From: an uncultured delta proteobacterium
Lineage (GTDB): Bacteria > Desulfobacterota > BSN033 > UBA1163
Direction of reading: 5' to 3'
DNA length: 64,000 bases
Assembly: GCA_963695895.1 (NCBI GenBank)
Contig: CAVOIK010000011.1
Span: forward strand, 34,561 to 98,560
Positions 11,307-21,057 of the stretch are shown here, piece after piece. A program made the position numbers and the translations under genes. The notes beneath the pieces are model-generated. The model did not search any database and was not told the origin of the DNA. It saw nothing but the letters and a program-made list of their open reading frames with translations. Numbering within the stretch: position 1 is the first letter of the stretch; every line of letters begins with the position of its first letter.

Positions 11307-12321
11307 TTATCCTCCAATCGCAGACATGTTGCGTTGGCACTTTTTGAACTGGGTTGTGTTTAGGTGGTGCCTTTCTGGTTTTGCGCGGAGCGCCTCGAGG
11401 AGACGCTCTTTGAGATCCTGATCGCTCCCGCCTTTTCGGAGAAGCTCCCTGAGATCAATCTCCTCATCGGAGAACAGGCAAGCCCTAATCTTTCCATCCG
11501 ATGTTAATCGAAGTCGGTTACATTCCCTACAGAAATGGCTGCTCACCGGGCCGATCAAGCCGATCTCGCCGGTCGCCCCTTCAAATCGGAATCTCAGAGC
11601 TGGTCCATCCCGCTGATCCGAGGGCAGGTCAATCAAGTGCCCGATCTTTTCAAGACGAGTTCTTATTTCCGGGATGGTTAGGATATCAGTTTCCCTCCAT
11701 GCGTCGCCATTGCCTGCGGGCATATATTCGATGTATCGAACGACCAAAGGAAGGTGAAGGGTCAGCCGCGCAAAATCTTCAATCTCATCGTCGTTCAATC
11801 CCTTAATGGCAACCATGTTGATTTTGATGGGGGAGAGGCCGACATTCAGAGACTCGAGAATTCCTTCCCAGACTCTTTCATATTCGTCCTTTCGAGTAAT
11901 CTGGCAGAACCGATCTCTCCGGAGAGAATCGAGACTGATGTTCACCCGTTTCAGACCGGCCCGTCTCAGATCCCGCGCAAACTCTTTAAGGAGAATGCCG
12001 TTGGTGGTGAGGCTGAGATCGTTGATTCCCGGGACCTGGGAGAGAAGGGAAACGAAGCTCAATCACCCCTTTCCTGACGAGAGGTTCTCCTCCGGTGAGC
12101 CTCACCTTTGAAATCCCTTCCGCTGCGAACACACGCACAATCCTCAGGATTTCTTCATAAGTGAGGATGTGCTCGTGAGGGATGAGAGGAATTCCTTCCT
12201 CAGGCATGCAGTAGCAGCACCGGAGGTTGCACCGATCTGTCACCGAAATCCGCAGGTAATTGATTCGCCTTTTGTAAGGATCGAGCAGCATGCCTTTTGT
12301 GTCCAATTGCCAATGACTCAA
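11307..12321 (-). CDS. moaA: GTP 3',8-cyclase MoaA (radical SAM), indel near 12060
   Basis: It contains the radical-SAM motif CNLRCCYCMP. The sequence continues in the second frame with LSLTTNGILL and the C-terminal cluster motif SHFCRECNRLRLTSDGKIRAC. Confidence 0.88.
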
Positions 12322-14303
12322 TGACCCAATGACTTGTCTATCAATTCTTCTCCTGTTCTTGAGACATCATAGCCTCCCATGCGCAGGACCATGTCCTTGA
12401 AGTCTCTGGAACGGATGGTCTCAAGGATCTTCTGGACCTCTTTGCTCTGGAAATAGACAGAGGGAATGACGAGGTCATAACGCTCTGTGCCAATCGGAAT
12501 GAAGTCGAGATGGAGGGCGCGAGCCGCGGACAGGATTCCAAGCCCGGTGTCCACCATCCCGCTGGCCACACTCGAAGCAACGGCCATGTGGGTGAATTCT
12601 TCCCTTTCGTATCCACGAATGTGACGTGGGTTGAGCGAAAGGGTTTTGAGGAGATGATCGAGAAGAATTCTCGTTCCAGATCCTTTCTGACGATTGATGA
12701 AACTGACGTCCTCTCTCTCGAGGTCCTTCAGCCCTTCGATCTTCTTCGAATTCCCCTTCGGCACGATCAATCCTTGTTCTCTGTTGACGAGGTGAATGAC
12801 TCTTACCGGCGTCCCTTTGAGATATTGGCGGATGTAAGGAAAGTTGTATTCTCCGGTGTCTGGATCAAGAAGATGGGAACCTGCCAGGTGACAGATTCCG
12901 TTCTTGATAGCCAGGAGTCCTCCCAAGCTTCCAACGTTCTGCGACGACAGAAAGAGAGGGGGATAGGATCTTCCCAAGAGACTGGCCAGGAGATCGAGGG
13001 TTAGATCGTGGCTTCCAACCATGACCACCGTGTTGCGGATCTCATCCAGAGGTCTGAGGAGTTCGGCCTCTGTTTCTTTATCTTCATCCAAGCCCTCGGA
13101 GAGGGCAGGAATGCGGAGGATCCCGTCTGCCCGGGTCAGAGAGGTGATCAGCCCGGAACCTCTCGGGAGAGGGGTGGCCAAAAACCTTTCCCCGATCTTG
13201 CCAATGGTTACCCTTAAGAATTCTTCCGTCCCTAACTTAGAAGGGATTTTTCTTGTAGGAAAAACCTTGATCCTCTGTCTTTCGGGTTTCATAAGTTGGA
13301 GCGATCGGTAAAGGATGGGCCTTACCAGCTCCTCGTAGGCGATGACGGCAGAGACAGGATACCCTGGGATTCCAACAATCGGACGCTCCATGAACTTCCC
13401 GATCAGGGTGGGCTTCCCGGGCATGATGGAAATCCCGTGTGCCAAGACTTCCCCTGACTCTTCGATGATGGATCGGGTATAGTCTTCCGAGCCAGCAGAA
13501 GAGCCAGCAATCATGAGGATCAGGTCGACCTCTTGACCGTGAGAAAGAAGCGCTTCCTTAATTCTCTTAGGATTGTCTTCAACTATCGGGTGACGCACAG
13601 GCTCTGCTCCGTCCTCTATCAGCAGTCCGGTGAGAACGTAGGAATTCGATTCAATGATGCCTGAGGGAGGACCCGGCAAGCTGGAACGGGATTGCTCCGG
13701 GTCTAACAACTCTGACCCCGTTGGAACGACGAGCACTGTGGGTTTCTTCTTCACAGGAACATCACGGTAACCGCTCGCGAGCAGGGCACCCACATCATAG
13801 GAAGTGATCTTGTGATTTTCAGGAAAAACCATCTCGGTGGCGATCAGATCCTCACCCACGGATCGAACATGTTGCCAGGGATGGGCTCCTTCTCTGATTT
13901 CAGCTGTTTCGGAATCAAGAAGGTGGACATCCTCAATCATGACGACCGCATCCATCTCCTTGGGGATGGAATTTCCCGTGTTAACGAAAAAGGCCTCTTT
14001 GCCAATCTTTAAGCTCTTGGGGGATTCCTCGGTGGCCCCATACGTTGCTGAAGCTTTAACCGCGATTCCATCCATGGCCGCGCAGTGGAAGGGTGGGGAT
14101 GAGATCTTAGCGAAGAGGGGTTCCGCGATCACCCGCCCCAGCGACTGAATCACAGGAATGGTCTCGGTTCCGAGATGGATAAGTTCAGCAACCTCTAATG
14201 CGATCGCTTTGGCTTCTTCGAGGGTCTTTTTCTTGAGATAGATGTTTCTTTTCATATCTACTGAGCCATGAAAATCGGTTTTATTTTTTCGTGGTGATGC
14301 CAT
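12318..14303 (-). CDS. MoeA-like molybdopterin molybdotransferase fused to a C-terminal periplasmic-binding-protein-like domain
   Basis: 661 aa. The MoeA core (AAMDGIAVKA...MIAGSSAGSEDY...GIPGYPVSA) is followed by a ~230-aa PBP-like domain. The start may be the internal ATG at 14255. Confidence 0.75.
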   Translation of the reverse strand: MASPRKNKTDFHGSVDMKRNIYLKKKTLEEAKAIALEVAELIHLGTETIPVIQSLGRVIAEPLFAKISSPPFHCAAMDGIAVKASATYGATEESPKSLKIGKEAFFVNTGNSIPKEMDAVVMIEDVHLLDSETAEIREGAHPWQHVRSVGEDLIATEMVFPENHKITSYDVGALLASGYRDVPVKKKPTVLVVPTGSELLDPEQSRSSLPGPPSGIIESNSYVLTGLLIEDGAEPVRHPIVEDNPKRIKEALLSHGQEVDLILMIAGSSAGSEDYTRSIIEESGEVLAHGISIMPGKPTLIGKFMERPIVGIPGYPVSAVIAYEELVRPILYRSLQLMKPERQRIKVFPTRKIPSKLGTEEFLRVTIGKIGERFLATPLPRGSGLITSLTRADGILRIPALSEGLDEDKETEAELLRPLDEIRNTVVMVGSHDLTLDLLASLLGRSYPPLFLSSQNVGSLGGLLAIKNGICHLAGSHLLDPDTGEYNFPYIRQYLKGTPVRVIHLVNREQGLIVPKGNSKKIEGLKDLEREDVSFINRQKGSGTRILLDHLLKTLSLNPRHIRGYEREEFTHMAVASSVASGMVDTGLGILSAARALHLDFIPIGTERYDLVIPSVYFQSKEVQKILETIRSRDFKDMVLRMGGYDVSRTGEELIDKSLGH

Positions 14304-14308
14304 GCTGC

Positions 14309-15542
14309 TCAGATCAGGATGACGTCCACTTCCTCGCCTGCCTCCAGGCCTTCTTCATTGATGTCGATCCGTATCAAACCATTGGCCTGGGCCAGATGGC
14401 GAATGGCTCCAGACTTTCCAAACACAGGATCAGCCAACAGAACTCCGTCCTTCTCTTCCAATTTGACTCTCACATAATCCTCTCTGCCGGGAACGGATGG
14501 GATGTTGCGAGTCGTTTTGGCCTTCACCTTGATCTGATGCCAGATCCCTTCCCTGGAAAAACCGGACAGAATTCTTCAAGATCGGTTTGCCAAAAAAGTG
14601 GAAGATCACGATGGCAGAGACAGGATGGCCGGGCAATCCGAGAAAGGGTTTTCCGCCAATATCTGCAAGCAACGTTGGTTTTCCGGGCCGGATGGATATG
14701 CCGTGTCCGAGAATCTCTGTCGCGGGAAATACCTGGAGAACCTCACCCGTGAGGTCCAGGGTTCCAACAGAGCTTCCTCCTGTGAAAACGACCATGTCCG
14801 CCTGACGGAGGCCCAGCTCAATCTTTTCCTTGAGGTCATCAAATCGATCCTTCGCAATGCCAAGAAAGGTCGGGATGCCACCGCTTTCCTTGACCATAGA
14901 GAAAACAGTGTACCGGTTAACGTCCCTGACCTGCCCTGGGCTTGGAGAGGTTTCTACTGGAACGATTTCATCTCCCGAGGAGATGATGGCGACCCTGGGC
15001 CGACGATAGACGAAAAGATCCGTCTTTCCAATGGCCGCCATGAGGCCAACATCCTGAGGTCGAATCCAGTGGCCCTGACGGAGGACAATCTCTCCCGCCT
15101 TGATGTCTTCTGCTATTTGCATGACATTCTCTAAGGGTGAGAGAACCTTAAACACGTGGATGGCGTGTGGGTCTACTGACTCAGTGTACTCCACCATCTC
15201 CACCGCATTGGCGCCTTTGGGCACCATGCCCCCAGTGGCAACCTTGATGGCCTCTCCATCCCTCAGCTCCATGTCTGAGACCTGCCCCATCGGGATTTCT
15301 CCCACGACTCGAAGAAGGGCAGGATTCTTTTCCGAGGTTCCATAAGTGTCCTCGGCCCTAACGGCAAAACCATCCACCGTGGATCGGGGAAATTCAGGAA
15401 CATTGCTGGGCGAGAGTATGTCTTCGTAGAGGACTCTGTGGAGAGAATCTTCGAGGCTGATCTTCTCGAAGGAGAGGGCCTTGAAACGATCCATTTTCTT
15501 GTAAAGTTGGTCCGGCGTCTGAACCTTGAAGAACTCTTTCAT
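14309..15542 (-). CDS. moeA: Molybdopterin molybdotransferase MoeA, indel in a T5 run near 14558
   Basis: STVDGFAVRAEDT...VFTGGSSVGTLD...GLPGHPVSA. The C-terminus (KAKTTRNIPSVPGREDYVRVKL) lies in the frame of ORF 14309..14527. Confidence 0.88.
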
Positions 15543-15558
15543 TCGTTGATCCTGTGAC

Positions 15559-15594
15559 AAAAAAATAGCCGATACCCGTGTTTGAGGTATCGGC
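15559..15594 (-). terminator. Intrinsic terminator forming the expression platform of the Moco riboswitch
   Basis: On the minus strand: gccgatacc-tcaaacacg-ggtatcggc followed by tattttttt. It lies 17 nt upstream of the moeA ATG. Confidence 0.75.
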
Positions 15595-15609
15595 CTTGAT
15601 TTCCTGTCC

Positions 15610-15715
15610 GTCTCCTTTCCAAACACGGGAGGTGTGGCCGTTTCCAACCACGCCCTGACGGCCATTTCCCATATCTGGATGATTGTCAGACTTAGGCAAA
15701 TGGCTCGGAGATCAT
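15610..15715 (-). promoter_or_regulatory. Moco (molybdenum cofactor) riboswitch aptamer
   Basis: The minus-strand RNA is cuCCGAGCC...cAGGGCG-[hairpin]-CCUCCCGUguuUGGAAAGGag. From memory this matches the E. coli moaA leader (cAGGGCG...GCCUCCCGUaucUGGAAAGG). It sits directly upstream of the Moco biosynthesis genes. Confidence 0.75.
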
Positions 15716-15795
15716 ATAAAATAATAATTCATCTCAACCCAAAAATCAATTAATAAAAGGGCACTTAAGCCCTCTTTCCCTAGCAGGGATTAGGG

Positions 15796-15824
15796 TTGAC
15801 ATCCCTCGAATTAGTATATATGAT
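15796..15824 (+). promoter_or_regulatory. Sigma70-like promoter for the ABC transporter operon
   Basis: TTGACA, a 17-nt spacer, then TATGAT. It lies about 110 nt upstream of the ATG at 15934. Confidence 0.45.
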
Positions 15825-15933
15825 CGAGAATAAATCACAAAAATGTCTAAAGGGGGTGGTTCATAGTACAGAAACGAGAAGCTCATCTTATTGGGGAATC
15901 TTTGAATAATTCAAAAACGGAGGAGGAGTCCAA

Positions 15934-17057
15934 ATGAAACGAATGATCTTGATGCTAACAGTATTGTTGATGGGTTTTCTTTGTTTTGGAGGGCTGTCCT
16001 TTGGCCAGCCTATTGAGGATGAGTTTTATCTCATTACGCCCGTGTCCAAGGATGTGCACGACCCCGCGCTGAAGGCTTTTGCCGAGCCTATGTCAAGAAA
16101 AAATACAACGTTAATCTCAAGACAAGTGCCATGCCCCAGGGAACGCCAGTGGCTTACGGCCAAATTGTTGAGTGGAAGGGCAACCCCCGAGCCGATGTTT
16201 TCTGGGGTGGGGAGGGGACCCTTTTTGATAGGCTGGCGGAACAGGGTCTCTTGGACCAAATTCAGGTGCCTCAGAAAATGTGGGATGAAATTCCTCCCAC
16301 CATTGGGAAGCCGATTCCGCTTCCCATCAAGGATCCGAAGAAATTTTGGGTCGGAACAACCTTGGAGCCCTATGGTTTGATCTATCAACCCAAGTTACTC
16401 CAGCGCCTCGGCGTTACGATCAAGGACTGGGATGATCTTCTCAACCCAAAATTGAAAGGCCAGATTGCCCAGTGTACGCCCGATCGGTCGAGCTCCAGCC
16501 ACGCCAGCTATGAAGTCATTCTCGCCATGTACGGGTGGGAGAAAGGATGGGATTGGCTGACGAAACTGGCAGCCAACACTGGAATTTTTACTGCTCGTTC
16601 TCGTGACGTTCCCAGTGTGGTGGCCAAAGGGGAGTTCGCTATTGGGTTCGCCGTGCCGAGCTATATGGCCTTCGCTGAAGTTTTGGGGGGGTATGATGTC
16701 ATGTACGTTTATCCTAAGAACGCCTACGTCACACCGGAACCGATGGCTGTTCTCAAGGGTGCCCCTCACCCCAAAGCAGGTCATGCCTTCATCGAGTTTC
16801 TGTTGACAGAAGAAGGCCAGAAGATTTTCATGGATAGAGGGCTTTTCCCGATCACTCCGAAACTGAAGGTTCAGGGCGCGCCAGGTTCCGATGCGGAGAA
16901 GGCGGTTCAGTTTACGGCGGGTATTCGCTCCTTCTACGATATCCAGGTTGGCAACGTCTATGATGAAAAGATTGCTGGCGAAAAGAAGAGGATGGAAGAC
17001 GTAAATGCCTATTTCCGTAAAGAGATTGCAGAGAAGCATAAGGAGATCGTGAAGTAG
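15934..17057 (+). CDS. ABC transporter substrate-binding protein (family 1, Fe3+-type), indel near 16087
   Basis: A signal peptide MKRMILMLTVLLMGFLCF is present. The body continues in the frame of ORF 16131..17057, and the join reads ...ALKAFAE/YVKKKYNVNLK. Confidence 0.75.
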
Positions 17058-17185
17058 GAAGTGAGTCTGCGTTACGTGACCTGCTCAAGTAAATCAGGGA
17101 AACTCCTCGGGAGATATCTTCCCGAGGAGTTTCCCTGTGTGAGGATTGTTAAGCTCAAAACCCCATTGATCACTGGAAAGACTCT

Positions 17186-18265
17186 ATGAATATTCAGTTA
17201 CAAGACATCGTAAAAAAGTTCGGCACCTTGGAAGCGGTGAGCCACGTTTCCTTGGAGATCCGAGACGGAGAACTCTTTACCCTCCTCGGTCCGTCGGGAT
17301 GTGGCAAAACCACCATCCTTCGCTTGATCGGAGGATTTTACAGGCCTGATCATGGCGATATCCGCTTTGATGGAAAGAGCGTGACTCCTATCCCGCCCTA
17401 CGAGCGAAATATCGGAATGGTTTTCCAGAACTACGCGCTTTGGCCCCACATGACGATCGTGGACAACATCACGTACGGCCTCAAGCTGAAAAAAATACCT
17501 AGGCCTGAAATTTCAGAGAAGGTCTCGCGTGTTTTGAAGCTGGTCAACCTCGTGGGATTGGAAAAGCGCTATCCCGGACAACTCTCGGGGGGACAGCAGC
17601 AGCGCGTGGCGCTTGCTCGGGCACTTGTTCTCAACCCCGACGTCCTTCTTCTGGATGAACCTCTCAGCAATCTCGATGCAAAAATCCGCATCCAGGTCCG
17701 GGCAGAGATCCGGAAGCTTCAGAAAGAGCTGGCCATTACAACGATTTATGTCACCCACGACCAGGAAGAAGCGCTCACCCTCTCAGACCGGATTGCTGTC
17801 GTTGATCACGGGAAACTGCAACAGCTCGGCACGCCGAGAGATCTCTATGAGAGACCGGAGAATCCTTTTGTGGCGGATTTTATTGGGATCAACAATCTGA
17901 TCGCCGGCGAGGTCCGGGAGATCGAGAGTGTCGGACGATCCATGAAGGTAGAGACCAAAGCAGGACCTTTACTGTGTTTCTGCTACAAACAATTCAAACC
18001 AGGAGACCGATGCATCATCAGCGTCCGTCCGGAGACGGCGACCATCAGCCCATCGAACACGCCCCTGGAGGGATGGAATGGGATCAGCGGAAACGTGAGC
18101 TTTGTGTATTATATTGGGAATGCGATTCGTTACGATGTGGAGATGGGCGATGGCGCACTGTTCAGGGTGGACATCCAAAACCCTTGGGAGCACCAGCCCC
18201 TAGCCATTGGAAGCAAGGCGTATGTGAGCTTTCCTTTCAAGACGACTTTAGCGATCCCTGTTTAA
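17186..18265 (+). CDS. ABC transporter ATP-binding protein (PotA/FbpC-like with TOBE-type C-terminus)
   Basis: Walker A GPSGCGKTT, signature LSGGQQQRVALARAL, Walker B LLLDEPLS. Confidence 0.9.
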   Translation: MNIQLQDIVKKFGTLEAVSHVSLEIRDGELFTLLGPSGCGKTTILRLIGGFYRPDHGDIRFDGKSVTPIPPYERNIGMVFQNYALWPHMTIVDNITYGLKLKKIPRPEISEKVSRVLKLVNLVGLEKRYPGQLSGGQQQRVALARALVLNPDVLLLDEPLSNLDAKIRIQVRAEIRKLQKELAITTIYVTHDQEEALTLSDRIAVVDHGKLQQLGTPRDLYERPENPFVADFIGINNLIAGEVREIESVGRSMKVETKAGPLLCFCYKQFKPGDRCIISVRPETATISPSNTPLEGWNGISGNVSFVYYIGNAIRYDVEMGDGALFRVDIQNPWEHQPLAIGSKAYVSFPFKTTLAIPV

Positions 18266-18278
18266 AGAAGAGACCTCT

Positions 18279-20000
18279 ATGAAGAGTTCACAAACGAATT
18301 CAGCTGTCGCCGTCTCTCAGCCTCGCCTCTGGCCTCAAGCGAGAATCGGTGGCATCTTGGGCTATGCAGCGATCTGGGCCTTCTTTGGCGTCTTTCTGAT
18401 CTATCCCCTCATCCGTCTGTTCTATGATGCCTTCACAACCGATCAGGGCCAGTTTACCCTGATGAATTTTTATGATTTCTTCACGGATTCTTATTACCTG
18501 AAAGCCACGATGAATTCTCTCCTCCTTGGCGTCGGCACTGTCATGACCACCTCGATTCTCGGCATCGCCATCGCCTATCTTCTGTTGCGCTACGAATTTC
18601 GTGGAAGGGAGCTTTTTTCCTATCTCACGATTATTCCCATGATCATGCCTCCCCTCGTGGGTGTCATGGGGTTTGTCTTCATCATGGGCCGGGCAGGAAC
18701 GGTCAACATTTTATTGATGGATTACTTGGGATTTACCAAACCCGTAAACTTCATGTACGGGATTCACGGCGTATTGCTTGTCGAGACGCTTCATCTTTTC
18801 CCACTGATGACCCTGAGTATTGTGGATGCTTTAGGAAAGATTGACCCCTCCCTCGATGAAGCTGCAGAGAGCATCGGGTCGCGGGGCCTCCGGAAGTTCT
18901 GGGATATTACCTTCCCTCTCACGACGCCAGGGTACGTGTCTGGCGCGCTTCTGGTCTTCATCTGGACGTTTGCAGATTTTGCCACTCCCCTCGTGGTAGG
19001 CATCGGTGATCTGCTCGCCTCTCAGGCCTATCTCAACATCGTCCAATTTGTGGACCGAAGGCTCTTCAAGATGGGGATCGTGATTTCGGCCATCATGATT
19101 ATTTTGGCGATCCTCTTTCTTATCGTCGCCAAACAGTACGTGGCGATCAAAGACTATAGTTCGCTTTCGTATTCAAAGATTGAGAGGAAAAAGCTATCCC
19201 GTCTTGGCTCCCTTGCAGCGATTGCATTTCTGACGATTATCCTTATTTTTGCCTTCATTCCTTATTTAGGCATTGCTCTCGATTCTTTTGGCAGAGGCTG
19301 GGCGCTGACGCCCCTTCCGGTGAAATACACGTTACAGTATTTCAAGCGGGTTTCGGTTGAAACGCCTAAGTTCATCATCAACAGCCTGCTTTACTCAGGC
19401 ATCTCCGTTTTGATTTGCATCGCGGTGGGTGTCCCGGTGGCCTGGATTATGGCGAGGACAAAGGTTCCAGGGAGAGAGATCCTGGATTCCTTAACCACTC
19501 TCATTCTTGCCCTCCCTGGGACAGGGGTGGGTATCGCTTACATGCGGGCCTTCAGAGACCCCTTGCCGTTTATGAACATGTCCTTGATCGCGATGTGGAT
19601 TGTGATTCCTATTGTTCTTGGCGTGCGGCGACTCCCCTATACCGTCCGCGGAACATTCGCCTCACTCCTGATCGTTCACAAGTCGTTTGAAGAGGCAGCC
19701 GAAAGCGTCGGGGCCAAGAAAGTAACCACTTTTAAGGACGTGACGCTTCCGCTCATCTGGAAAGGGGTTCTCGTCGGTTCGCTCTATTCTTTTATTCTTG
19801 CCCTCCAAGAGGCATCCGCCACGTTGCTCCTCGTCGTTCCTGGACACGAAATGATGACCGTGGGAATCTTCAACTTTTACATCGGAGGTTCCGTGAACGA
19901 AGCAGCGGCCTTGGGCTTTATCCTGATCATCCTCGGAGCAGTCTGCCTTTTCGTCATCAGCAAAGTTGCTGGAACCAAAATGGGTGGCGTGTTCGGGTAG
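18279..20000 (+). CDS. ABC transporter permease, duplicated two-module type (FbpB/ThiP-like)
   Basis: 573 aa and highly hydrophobic, with two permease modules. Confidence 0.8.
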   Translation: MKSSQTNSAVAVSQPRLWPQARIGGILGYAAIWAFFGVFLIYPLIRLFYDAFTTDQGQFTLMNFYDFFTDSYYLKATMNSLLLGVGTVMTTSILGIAIAYLLLRYEFRGRELFSYLTIIPMIMPPLVGVMGFVFIMGRAGTVNILLMDYLGFTKPVNFMYGIHGVLLVETLHLFPLMTLSIVDALGKIDPSLDEAAESIGSRGLRKFWDITFPLTTPGYVSGALLVFIWTFADFATPLVVGIGDLLASQAYLNIVQFVDRRLFKMGIVISAIMIILAILFLIVAKQYVAIKDYSSLSYSKIERKKLSRLGSLAAIAFLTIILIFAFIPYLGIALDSFGRGWALTPLPVKYTLQYFKRVSVETPKFIINSLLYSGISVLICIAVGVPVAWIMARTKVPGREILDSLTTLILALPGTGVGIAYMRAFRDPLPFMNMSLIAMWIVIPIVLGVRRLPYTVRGTFASLLIVHKSFEEAAESVGAKKVTTFKDVTLPLIWKGVLVGSLYSFILALQEASATLLLVVPGHEMMTVGIFNFYIGGSVNEAAALGFILIILGAVCLFVISKVAGTKMGGVFG

Positions 20001-20076
20001 CCTTCAAGGATCTCTCGCCCCACAGGACTCGCAAGTCCAGCCTTATGCCTGCCTGCTGCGGACAGGGTGAGGAGCT

Positions 20077-20571
20077 TCACCTGAAAGACACGTCTGTGCT
20101 CTTGGTGTACTCATCGTAGACGGCCGAGGCCGCTCCGTCAGGGAGTACAGCGATGGCAACCACCACTTTGATCCCCGCAAGGGTTCCGTAAGTGAGGTGG
20201 CCGCCAAGGGTCGTGACCGTATCTCCCACGACAGTCGAGGCCGAAAAGTGGCAGTGAATTTCCGGAGTCCCGTCCTGCTTGCTTGCGACCCAGCCTCCCA
20301 GGGAAACCAATTCGAGAGGAGCTTCCACATTCAGGTAGAGACGGTTGTCGTCCTTGACAGGATACTCCTTGGGAAAATGGATTAGATTTCTAAAGACCCC
20401 TTTGCTCAAAGCTCCCAGTCCGGAGACGAAGACCCCTGACTTGATCTTTTCTCTTCTGACCGCCTCTTCAATCGCTTTTAAAAGATCAGCCCCCACTTCT
20501 ACGTGAAATTGCACGATTCTCTGAATGGACTGCGAACCCATACTCGACAGGAGTGATGTTTCCTTTGTCAT
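20077..20571 (-). CDS. PPC (DUF296) domain protein
   Basis: About 160 aa. The pattern GLGALSKGVF...LELVSLGGWVA...HCHFSAS is typical of DUF296. Confidence 0.55.
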   Translation of the reverse strand: MTKETSLLSSMGSQSIQRIVQFHVEVGADLLKAIEEAVRREKIKSGVFVSGLGALSKGVFRNLIHFPKEYPVKDDNRLYLNVEAPLELVSLGGWVASKQDGTPEIHCHFSASTVVGDTVTTLGGHLTYGTLAGIKVVVAIAVLPDGAASAVYDEYTKSTDVSFR

Positions 20572-20825
20572 TCCAATCCTCCCTCATGATTCTGGACGTT
20601 TGTTCTGAGACATCCTATCCTCTACAACTGCAACAGGTTCAGTGCAAGATAGCTTGACGGGGTTTGGTTTGTCAAGAAGAAGAGAGATCGTGTCTCGTTT
20701 GACAAGCTTCGGACAAGCTGATATAAAATTTCTACACCAATTTCGAAACATGTGGAAGGTTTCGTCTGTTCGGGAATTAAGAATCGTTTGTGACTAATAC
20801 AAATGCAAAAAGTCCTTTTGCATTG

Positions 20826-20996
20826 TGAACCGTTGTCCTGGAGCGAAACTGGCCGGGAGCAGTGGGGTCACCCACTCTGGTGAGCAGGAAGGGGAAAGCC
20901 AGCCCTTTAGAGGCTGGAAGGGGTGAGAGATTTTCCCCGCCTGCGAACCTGAGAAGGGTCACTGCGGAGGCTGTGAAGCGACAGGGCATGGTTCAC
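20826..20996. repeat. Hairpin-rich structured element closed by gtgaacc...ggttcac, related to repeat family A hairpins
   Basis: It contains ccagccctttagaggctgg, agtggggtcacccact, and nested gcagg/cctgc and gggg/cccc pairings. It shares ggagcgaaa...ggccggg with 30600 and 49650. Confidence 0.5.
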
Positions 20997-21057
20997 AAGA
21001 ATCGAGATGTATCAGTTTATTTGATACGTTTGCATTAGAAACCGGAAAGGAGCTTTC

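Noticed and set aside
16395-17039. A 214-aa minus-strand ORF, plus similar antisense ORFs at 3168-3698, 4130-4540, 7440-7820 and 54591-55094
   Set aside because: All are shadow frames of well-supported plus-strand genes: the substrate-binding protein gene, larC, corA and DUF2130.
20920-20990. A TPP riboswitch, suggested by ggggtgagaga...gaacctga
   Set aside because: Only the GAACCUGA and UGAGA strings match. The P3 helix and the conserved UAAU...GCG.AGGGA 3' half are missing. The segment is part of a larger repeat-related fold, and the downstream gene has no thiamine link.
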